Below are positions 17,888 through 25,552 of a DNA stretch of 25,552 bases, in pieces. Each line of letters starts with the position of its first letter. The stretch's first letter is position 1. The notes under the pieces are model-generated. The model saw only the letters and a list, made by a program, of their open reading frames with translations. It ran no database searches and was not told the DNA's origin. A program made the position numbers and the translations under genes. The DNA is from Myxococcota bacterium (GTDB taxonomy: Bacteria > Myxococcota > SpSt-1050). The DNA lies in the NCBI GenBank assembly GCA_049969675.1, contig JBMFOP010000044.1:1-25552 (forward strand). The letters run 5' to 3'.

Positions 17888-19306
17888 TCAATTCATCCCG
17901 AGTAATTTTCTAATCTGATTTGCTACAAGGTGGATACCAAATTTTAATAAGGTTAAAAAATCAACTTTGTAGAAGAGATTCCTGATTCTGGATGGTCTGA
18001 GATAAAATCTTATGTAACCTTTTGTCTGGTAATATTCCAATCTTTCACGACTCACACCTTGTAGTTCAAGTGTATTTCCAACAATCCTGCCGGTTGCCGA
18101 ATATGATTCCTTTCTGAGTCTTAGCCCCCCAATCCCCTTTTTTGCCCACTCATAGACCTCTGTACTCGGAAATGGCGCCAGAATCGCCAGATTTATAAAG
18201 TCTGGATTTAATTTCATAATAAAGTCAAGTGTCTGTTTTATAGTCTCTTCATTCTCATATGGCAGCCCGAGTATAAAATTTGTATCAACCTTTATGCCAG
18301 CCTCTTTTGTCCATCTGATTGCCTGCTCGGTCATCTCTATGGTAAATCCCTTCCTGATACCATCTAAAATTCTCTGATTCCCACTCTCCGCCCCATAGAC
18401 AATTGAGAAGACATTTGCCTCTTTCATCGCCAGAAGCATCTCTTTATTAACCCTATCAATACGAGTGGAGGCAATATATCTGACTCTGTTTAGCCCACGG
18501 CGTGTGATCTCATTAAATAATCTAATTGTATAATCAGGGTCAATGGTTAAGGTGTCGTCCGCAAAGAAGATCTGTGTAGCTTTATATTGCCTGATATCCC
18601 TTTCAATCTCTTCTACTACCAGTTCATAAGACCTGACCCTGACATGGTGTCCCATCGGCTGATAACAGAATACACATCTATTTGGACAACCTCTCGCAGT
18701 GATTACAGGCACCTCTATCCCTTTAAAGTAGTGAGGCTTATATCTCTCAAATGGGAATCCTTCAAAATCCGGCATTGGAAGGGTATCAATATCCTGAATA
18801 AGTTCCCTCGGGGGATTTATCTTAATATTATCGCCATCTCTATATGCAAGACCCTTTATATGTTCAAATGAATTTGAATTATTCAGCGAGTCCATCAGTT
18901 CAAGTAGAGTATTCTCACCTTCCCCAAAGACCACAAAGTCAATAGCGCTATATCTTTTCAGGGTATCCTCCGGTAGTGCGCTCGGGTGTGAGCCACCAAC
19001 CACAATTTTAATTGAGCTATCAATTTTCTTTATTTCCTGAGCAATATATGCCCCGTCATCCATTTCAGAGGTACAATGTATATTTATACCTACCAGATTC
19101 TGTTCGGATTTAGAGAGTATCTGTCTGAGTGTTTTAATAGGGTTTATGTATGCCCTCGCATCAAAAATCTTACTATCAATTCCATTCTTTTTCATAAATG
19201 CATTTAAATATGCAATGCCGAGTGGGGGACCTTTTTGGTTCATCCCGAGCTCTTTATCAATCCCGAAGGTGTGATATGGTATAATAAATAAAATCTTACC
19301 GCGCAT
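17888..19306 (-). CDS. Cobalamin-binding radical SAM protein (class B), #3
   Basis: PPLGIAYL, VGGSHPS, FGEGE, TARGCPNRCVFC, YGAESGN, FILGLP, APFPST motifs. Confidence 0.93.
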   Translation of the reverse strand: MRGKILFIIPYHTFGIDKELGMNQKGPPLGIAYLNAFMKKNGIDSKIFDARAYINPIKTLRQILSKSEQNLVGINIHCTSEMDDGAYIAQEIKKIDSSIKIVVGGSHPSALPEDTLKRYSAIDFVVFGEGENTLLELMDSLNNSNSFEHIKGLAYRDGDNIKINPPRELIQDIDTLPMPDFEGFPFERYKPHYFKGIEVPVITARGCPNRCVFCYQPMGHHVRVRSYELVVEEIERDIRQYKATQIFFADDTLTIDPDYTIRLFNEITRRGLNRVRYIASTRIDRVNKEMLLAMKEANVFSIVYGAESGNQRILDGIRKGFTIEMTEQAIRWTKEAGIKVDTNFILGLPYENEETIKQTLDFIMKLNPDFINLAILAPFPSTEVYEWAKKGIGGLRLRKESYSATGRIVGNTLELQGVSRERLEYYQTKGYIRFYLRPSRIRNLFYKVDFLTLLKFGIHLVANQIRKLLGMN

Positions 19307-19313
19307 AATCTCA

Positions 19314-19341
19314 AGTATAATATTAAAAATATTTTAGACAA
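19314..19341 (-). promoter_or_regulatory. Possible promoter giving a leaderless mRNA for radical SAM #3
   Basis: TTGTCT (19341-19336), 16 bp, TATACT (19319-19314), 7 nt, then ATG 19306; no SD sequence. Confidence 0.45.
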
Positions 19342-19497
19342 CTGTATTTTTATTAAGGGCTTAATTTTTTCTTCATTATTAGAATATCGTCAATACAGCA
19401 TATTTTTTTCTTTACACACAAATATGTTGTGTATAATTTAATTATGGTTGCAAAGCAGCTATTATATATTTTGAAATTATTCAACAGGAGGCGTTAA

Positions 19498-20553
19498 GTG
19501 TCCAATACTGAATTTGTAAATCAGGAAGAGCTATTAAACTCTATATTGCATATAAGCCCTCGTGTAAATTGGGATACATTAAAACTCAATGAGATTGAGG
19601 CATTTATCCTGTCCCGTGCCACAGGTGTTTTAACAATAAAAGAAATAATTGAGCAGACAAGCATTGATACCGGGCAGGCACTCAATATTATAAATAACTA
19701 TCTTACAAAGGGAGTATTACTTATAGAGAAGAAGACACTACCAAAGAGTGCTGACTTCTCTCTTACCGGGATAAAAAGGATTGAACAGAAGGTTGCACTC
19801 AAGAAGGTTCAGGAGATAAAGTCTTTTGAAAACTACGAGATTAAATTCCCTTTTGGTGAACTCTCAGAGTATCATTTTCCAAAGATACTGATGTATGCCC
19901 TCTTCTCAAAACTCTCCGGGAAGATAGAGGTGGAGAGAGAAAAAAATACGAAGATAATTAGTTTTGAGAACGGAATGGTCTGCGATGTGAAAGGCCTCCC
20001 AATACTTCTTGAGGAATGTCTGGGGAGGCTGATGCTCTCAAGAGGGGAGATATCTTACGAACAATATATGGAGAGTCTGAAGATTATGGCGAGGTCTCAC
20101 AAGAGACAGGGAGAGATACTCATTCAAATGAAGGCATCAACGGAGAAGGCAATTGAGAATGCCCTCAGAGTTCAGGCTGAGATAAAAATAACAGACCTCT
20201 TTGGATGGGAAAATGGGAGTTACAAAATAAGACCGGGCGTCAAGATTAATAGGTCTTTTACAAATGGCATAGATATTGTGGCGGTAATATATTCTGGCGT
20301 AAGAGAGAAGAGCTCGCTTGAAAGGGTTAGAAAAGAGATAAAGAATGTTCAACTCAAACAGTATGAATTTTCAAACCCCACCCTGTTTGGCTTATTGAAG
20401 AACGCGGTGAAGGAGAAAGATGTCTCTGTTCTTGATTATCTTGAGAGTCATAAAGCAGGAGTGATTAACGACCTCCTCTCAAATAAATCGGCATCAGCAT
20501 ATATTCTGGTATATACCCTACTCCTGTTAGGTATAATCAGGGTTAAGAGATAA
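19498..20553 (+). CDS. DUF4388-like domain protein, paralog of the central domain of 3163-5175
   Basis: GTG start after AGGAGG. GEL...FPKIL...SGKI...ECLGRLML...RQGEILIQM...ITDLFGWENGSY aligns by eye with ECLGRVLV...QQGTILIEM...LYDIFGWPEGDY. Confidence 0.8.
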   Translation: MSNTEFVNQEELLNSILHISPRVNWDTLKLNEIEAFILSRATGVLTIKEIIEQTSIDTGQALNIINNYLTKGVLLIEKKTLPKSADFSLTGIKRIEQKVALKKVQEIKSFENYEIKFPFGELSEYHFPKILMYALFSKLSGKIEVEREKNTKIISFENGMVCDVKGLPILLEECLGRLMLSRGEISYEQYMESLKIMARSHKRQGEILIQMKASTEKAIENALRVQAEIKITDLFGWENGSYKIRPGVKINRSFTNGIDIVAVIYSGVREKSSLERVRKEIKNVQLKQYEFSNPTLFGLLKNAVKEKDVSVLDYLESHKAGVINDLLSNKSASAYILVYTLLLLGIIRVKR

Positions 20554-20561
20554 GTTTTCTG

Positions 20562-22067
20562 ATGACACTTTTAAAATCAAGATACATCCAGAATATAGTT
20601 ATTTTGCTCATCTTTATTATTTCGCTACCCGCTTTCATTAAGATTCTGGATTTTTCAAGATTTGTAATATTTACCACAAATATTTTAGAGTTGCTTCTGG
20701 GAATTGTAGAGTATTTCTTTGTCAATTATACCATCCTTTCATTTCTGACAACATCCACTATTCTGCTCTGCCTGATTTTTATAACATATAGGATTTTTAA
20801 GAGAAGATTATATCTTGATATCTGGTTTTTAACAGGATTTATTGTCTTTCTATCTGAATTATTACCCTTTGTCTTATTAAGGTCTGTGAAAGTAGAGCTG
20901 CTTATGTTTTATCTTGTGGTCTTTTCAATTCTATTTTTATTTATTTTATTAAAAAATACAAAATACGATTTTTTTAAGTCCTTCGCCCTTTCATCACTCA
21001 TCCTTTTCCCATTGTTTGCGATCTTTTTATTAATTGGATTCAATGCCAGTGCCGCAAGACCCAAGAAGACAATCCTCAATGGTGGACCTGAGCATAATTG
21101 GTACGATGAAAGGTGTGACAGAAAGAGACTACTCTCACAACCAGAGATAAAACCGGTCTGGATTGAAGACGCGTGGTTATACGGCGGTGTAGCAACAGGA
21201 GATGGAAGGTATATCTATTTTTCTGACAACGGATATGGTATAGTTGGTTTTGAATTGATGGAGAATGGAGAGTATAGAAAACTACCTTTTATCAAGTACC
21301 CACCAGATTTTAATGCCGCACTCTACAGTCACAGACTATATCTAACACCAGATGAAAAATATATATTCTATTATGGTGCAAGGAGCGCAGAGTTTGTCTT
21401 CATAGACAGAGAAAAGTTGGAGGTGGCTTATGTTATACCCACAAAAAACGGACTTGACGGCTTTTCTGCTACAATTGATACAAGAAGAAATCTGATATAC
21501 GGCTTCCCCTTTATAGGAAAAGAGGTCCCTGTCTTATCTTATGAAGATGGTATCCCAAGATTGATTAAATGGATTGATTTTTCACAGGTCCCCGGCTGGG
21601 CAATTCAGGGAGTTTATGATGAGAAGAGAGACATACTTATTGTCTTTACATCTTCTAATATCAGCCTGTTTAATGCTAACAATTATTACCCAATAAAGCA
21701 CATTAAGACCAATGGAGTTAATACAAGATATGTATTCGATATAGATAATGAGAAAATGTACTTTTCTAATGAATTTTTGAATGTAATTACCTTACTGGAT
21801 TTAAATACATACGATTTTAAATTTATTGAAGGAATACCGGCCGGTATAAGGGAGCTTTTCTACATTAAAAAAAATAATATTCTTCTTCTTTCAAATTTTT
21901 CTACTGGTATAGTCTATGTCTTAGACCTTAAGACTAATTTAATAATTTCTCAGATATATGTTGGGCAACGGATAAGGGGGGCTCTGGTTACAAATAAAAA
22001 TAATTTTACAGGTGGAATTATATTGTCATCTTCCTGTGGTATTTTTGAAGTAGGATTAAGGAAGTAG
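20562..22067 (+). CDS. Membrane protein: ~5 N-terminal TM helices plus C-terminal YncE/YVTN-like beta-propeller
   Basis: Hydrophobic first ~160 aa; blade-like repeats TGDGRYIYFSD, LTPDEKYIFY, KMYFSNEFLNVITLLDL, LSNFSTGIVYVLDLKT...IYVG; 8 bp after the preceding gene. Confidence 0.7.
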   Translation: MTLLKSRYIQNIVILLIFIISLPAFIKILDFSRFVIFTTNILELLLGIVEYFFVNYTILSFLTTSTILLCLIFITYRIFKRRLYLDIWFLTGFIVFLSELLPFVLLRSVKVELLMFYLVVFSILFLFILLKNTKYDFFKSFALSSLILFPLFAIFLLIGFNASAARPKKTILNGGPEHNWYDERCDRKRLLSQPEIKPVWIEDAWLYGGVATGDGRYIYFSDNGYGIVGFELMENGEYRKLPFIKYPPDFNAALYSHRLYLTPDEKYIFYYGARSAEFVFIDREKLEVAYVIPTKNGLDGFSATIDTRRNLIYGFPFIGKEVPVLSYEDGIPRLIKWIDFSQVPGWAIQGVYDEKRDILIVFTSSNISLFNANNYYPIKHIKTNGVNTRYVFDIDNEKMYFSNEFLNVITLLDLNTYDFKFIEGIPAGIRELFYIKKNNILLLSNFSTGIVYVLDLKTNLIISQIYVGQRIRGALVTNKNNFTGGIILSSSCGIFEVGLRK

Positions 22068-23541
22068 ATTTTTGTTAATAAAGTAAAGCATATTACATAT
22101 ACAACGTCCATAAGCAGGATTAATAAGACACTCATTTTTACATTTGTCCAACAGGATACTTCGTTCATCTCTATTGTAAAATTGATATCCGATGGAATAT
22201 CGATTACCCTTATGCAGTTCATAAAAATCTATAAATCTATTTAATCTATGAATCACATTATATCTCTCAGGGTAAAGATGCATTGGAGAGCCAGGGGGAG
22301 AGTTCAGTAGGAATTGAAAATGACAGGATATAACGACTGACCTTCCCAATCTCTTTAATCATTGACTTAGTCTCCTTTACAGTCTCCTGGTCTTCAAACG
22401 GAAGTCCAGAAAAAAGAATCAATCTCATTCGTACTTTATGCCTGACTGCATACTTTATTACTTGCATTAAAGACTCATTACTATATTTGCCCATTGAATT
22501 AAGCCGCCTTTGTTTCTCAGACAGAGAGTATACAAGTAATAGAATTGTTGACCTATGATTTAATTTTGCAAATTTATCTATAAAATCTTCAGTAGGCAGG
22601 TTATGCCATATATCTTGATTAACTGAAATATCGGTAAAATATCTGGCGAGTTCATTAAAAATTTCAACAAATTTCTTTTCTTCTTTGTCATAATAAAAAG
22701 CAGAAGTGAAGTTTTTAATTCCTAACTTATAATATGTTTCTATATCACCAAGTATATAATCAACTTGTTTCATTATAGGTTTATTCCTTCCAAGTATATT
22801 TCTTAAATTATATCCTCCTGCGCAGAAACTGCAATTATATGCACAGCCGCGTCCTATAACTATATAATGAATGGGAGAGAGCCAGAATGAGAGCATATCC
22901 AACAGGTCCATAAGACCTGGATTTTTATAATCATAGACATACTTTAATTTAGCATATCTCTCATAGTTATTAAGGGCAGTAATATCTGTAAATTTGAAAG
23001 CATTAAACTCATCCTGACCTGCAAAGACAAATTCTTTATTCATGATAATGTTATTGCCCATTTTATAAATCAGGTTGGGTATGTCAGAAAAGTCTGTACC
23101 CCCATTAAGATATTTTTGCATAAACAAAAGTAATGGAATCTCCCCCTCGCCTTTTATCACACCATCAATAAAGTCAAAAAGATTCAGGATCTCTTCTGCA
23201 TAGATACTCGCAGTTAATCCACCTAATAATATAAAAGATTCAGGATAGATGCTCTTAATCTTTCTTGCTATCTCCATACATTCATAAGCCTGATGGTTCC
23301 ACATTAAGGATATTCCATATACCTTTGCTCTATTATTTTTTATTATATCCTCAACGCTTATATTTTGATGAACGACCTTTTCAACCCCAATGTGAATTAT
23401 CTTCGTTTTTATGCCGTTTGTCCTCAATAAATTCGCCATAGAAAATAAGCCGGCTGGAATAATATTTATAAAACCAACTCTACCAAGCGGTCTGAAATAA
23501 TGATTAAATTTTGGTGTATGGATAAATATCAAATCGTACAT
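22056..23541 (-). pseudogene. Cobalamin-binding radical SAM protein #4, split by a +1 frameshift at 22294-22298 (pseudogene, recoding or sequencing error)
   Basis: LGGLTAS, KGEGE, GRGCAYNCSFC in the 22267-23541 ORF. Removing one C from CTC TCC CCC TGG gives ...PTELSPGSPMHLYPERY..., joining the 22056-22349 frame and restoring the PGS motif seen in the paralogs (494 aa in total). Confidence 0.8.
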
Positions 23542-23557
23542 ATCAAAATTCTATCTC

Positions 23558-24964
23558 TTAATATGGCACATTCTTAAAGATAGAGAGTTTTAATACATTG
23601 ATACCATTTCTAATCAGTGAATAATAATTCGGTACATCTTTTATATTTCTTATAATTCTATCTATATCAATATAAAATTTTCTAACTGCGATCTTCTTTA
23701 GTTCCATAAGTCTATCTTCAGATACCTCACATATACTTATAGGTTCACTATAAAATGTATCATACCTTATCAATTTATCAATTATCTTTGAGAGTGGATA
23801 TCTCTCTTCTGCAAAACGAAAAAATGCCGTGTCTGGATAAGGTGTAACAAATGAGACACTGGCCGTGTGCAATGGTAATTTTTGCATCAATTCTATTGTG
23901 TCCATTATATCCCCTTCTGTCTCCGTTGGAAAACCAAACATAAAAAATCCACCTATAAGCCTTGATACCCCTTTTAATCTGTATGTATTTTCTATTGTCT
24001 TCTCAATCTTCATATTCTTCCCAGATATATCAAGAATCCTTTGAACAGCACTCTCAAATGCAATATTTATTCTGAAAAGGCCTATCTCCTTCATAATGAA
24101 TAATAACTCCTCAGAAAACAGGTCCCCTCTTACACCTGAAGGTATTGCATAATGTAATTCCTTTTTATAAGGTAGTGCTTCAAAGAGTTCCAGTGTCTTT
24201 TTGTTGTTTGCATTGATGGTATCATCTAAAAAGTCAATCTCCTCAACCCCAAACTTCTTCTTTACAAGATTAATCTCTTCAATTATTCTTTCTATACTAA
24301 AATATCTTATTCTCCTGCCAAAGATATTATGACAGAACTTACATCCAAATGGACAGCCACGAGAGGACATTAATGGATAGATTCTATCTGTGGCTACAAC
24401 AAGATTAAATGCGGTTCCAAAGTATTTGAAATAATCCTCCATATTGATCAAAGAAAAATCTGGGATTGGCAATATATCAATATTTTCTACAAACTCCGAT
24501 GGACCGGTCTCAATAATTTCTTTATTTCTCCTATATATTATTCCACTGACATCTGATGGCTCAACATTCTCTTCAATCCTTCTTATTAGTTCAAGGGAAC
24601 TTACCTCCCCCTCACCAATTACTCCATAGTCTATAAAAGGATTCTGCTCAAACTCAATTCTCTTAAATGAGGAAATATGAGGACCACCGAGAATAATCTT
24701 TATGTCCGGAAAAGAATTTTTTATTGCCTCGGTCATTCTTCTCATAAAAACGGTCTCACTCGTCATATTGGTGATACCAATAATATCGGGATTTAATTCC
24801 CTAATAATAGAGGGTATTTTTTTAACCTTAATTTTATTTATGTGTGCATCTAAAATTCTTACACTGTGCCCATATTTTTTTAGAAATGTCCCAACATAGA
24901 GGAGCCCAATGGGCAGAGGTGATATCGGGGTATTTGAGAATGGTTTAATTAAAAGGACATCCAT
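23558..24964 (-). CDS. Cobalamin-binding radical SAM protein (class B), #5
   Basis: LLIKP, PIGLLYV, LGGPHIS, IGEGE, SSRGCPFGCKFC, FMFGFPTET, TPYPDT motifs. Confidence 0.93.
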   Translation of the reverse strand: MDVLLIKPFSNTPISPLPIGLLYVGTFLKKYGHSVRILDAHINKIKVKKIPSIIRELNPDIIGITNMTSETVFMRRMTEAIKNSFPDIKIILGGPHISSFKRIEFEQNPFIDYGVIGEGEVSSLELIRRIEENVEPSDVSGIIYRRNKEIIETGPSEFVENIDILPIPDFSLINMEDYFKYFGTAFNLVVATDRIYPLMSSRGCPFGCKFCHNIFGRRIRYFSIERIIEEINLVKKKFGVEEIDFLDDTINANNKKTLELFEALPYKKELHYAIPSGVRGDLFSEELLFIMKEIGLFRINIAFESAVQRILDISGKNMKIEKTIENTYRLKGVSRLIGGFFMFGFPTETEGDIMDTIELMQKLPLHTASVSFVTPYPDTAFFRFAEERYPLSKIIDKLIRYDTFYSEPISICEVSEDRLMELKKIAVRKFYIDIDRIIRNIKDVPNYYSLIRNGINVLKLSIFKNVPY

Positions 24965-25039
24965 TAATAATTTTAAAAGTCAACCTCAGGTGATTGGACA
25001 TTTGAGAAAGGGTTGAATACAGGCCTATAAACAATGAAT

Positions 25040-25552
25040 TTATTTCATTAAGTCTTCAACCTTTGAAGGCGGTTTGGTCTCTTTTGCTAAGTTGAAGCAT
25101 TCCTGAATAGTATCAGCCGAGTTTTTGGAGATAAAACAGTTGCTCGTATTTATTAACCTCTCTGCTGTATTGATACCTACCATACACTCTGCAATACAGG
25201 ATTCTGCTGTCCCACCTAACTCCTTTGGCATTGTCCCATTATTGCTTTTTAAGATGAGATTACAGGTGTTCTCACAATTGAATTTATGATAATTATATGC
25301 AATCTTTCCACAATCACTGATTCCAGCGATTCCACTCTTCATCTTCTCCGGAAAATTTGGGCATTTCTGTTCGCAATATGTAGCGAATATATGTGAGGCT
25401 TTATTCTTAAGGCATTCAGAGACCTTTTTACAGACAGATGTGCAATCAGTCTGGCCGGCTGCACCTCCTGTCTGATAGTCCAGAGCCTTAATCTCCTGTG
25501 CCAGTCTTAAATTATTTTCTGAGATCATAGTTCTCGAGACTGGCTGGCTAAC
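25040..25552 (-). CDS. Cys-rich hypothetical protein, probably 5'-partial
   Basis: The frame stays open from ATG 25528 to the window edge (VSQPVSRT). Repeated CxxxC helical units: CTSVCKKVSEC, CEQKC, CENTC, CIAEC. Confidence 0.7.
   Translation of the reverse strand, partial: VSQPVSRTMISENNLRLAQEIKALDYQTGGAAGQTDCTSVCKKVSECLKNKASHIFATYCEQKCPNFPEKMKSGIAGISDCGKIAYNYHKFNCENTCNLILKSNNGTMPKELGGTAESCIAECMVGINTAERLINTSNCFISKNSADTIQECFNLAKETKPPSKVEDLMK

Noticed and set aside
19353..19376. Tiny minus-strand ORF MKKKLSP upstream of radical SAM #3 as a second precursor
   Set aside because: No SD, not coupled to the gene, and it lies upstream of the likely promoter; expected by chance in AT-rich DNA.
1268..24899. 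Numerous antisense or nested ORFs in the supplied track
   Set aside because: They are shadow frames of well-supported genes. The exception is 22056-22349, the frameshifted tail of radical SAM #4.
9886..24964. Radical SAM cluster as the menaquinone methylase serving the EtfAB/EMO module
   Set aside because: Known menaquinone methyltransferases (MqnK/MenK) are class C HemN-like enzymes without a B12 domain; proximity alone is not evidence.
1..25552. CRISPR array, tRNA, rRNA, integrase or transposase genes
   Set aside because: No regularly spaced repeats, cloverleaf/rRNA signatures or recombinase motifs were seen.

Overview
AT-rich bacterial window whose protein content resembles Myxococcota/Deltaproteobacteria (inference). 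From left to right it holds a degenerate non-coding mobile-type repeat (second copy at ~9.2-9.6 kb), a CglC-like Cys-rich lipoprotein and a DUF192 gene. A minus-strand run follows, encoding a GPH-family MFS transporter, a REC-DUF4388-DnaJ-TPR protein and two large surface lipoproteins. Next come an etfB-etfA-fadF-like (membrane Fe-S oxidoreductase) operon and a ~10 kb region with five divergent cobalamin-binding radical SAM genes, one of them split by a +1 frameshift in a C5 run. The best candidate for an undescribed system is a 16-aa ORF missing from the ORF track (MNWRPNPRPKGIRPKK, 17681-17731, minus strand). It has a TTGACA-17bp-TAAATT promoter and a GGAGG ribosome-binding site, and its stop codon overlaps the start of a translationally coupled pair of B12-radical SAM genes. 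This is the layout expected of a minimal RiPP precursor/maturase cassette, or of a regulatory leader peptide. All family assignments come from motif recognition by eye; no database searches were run.
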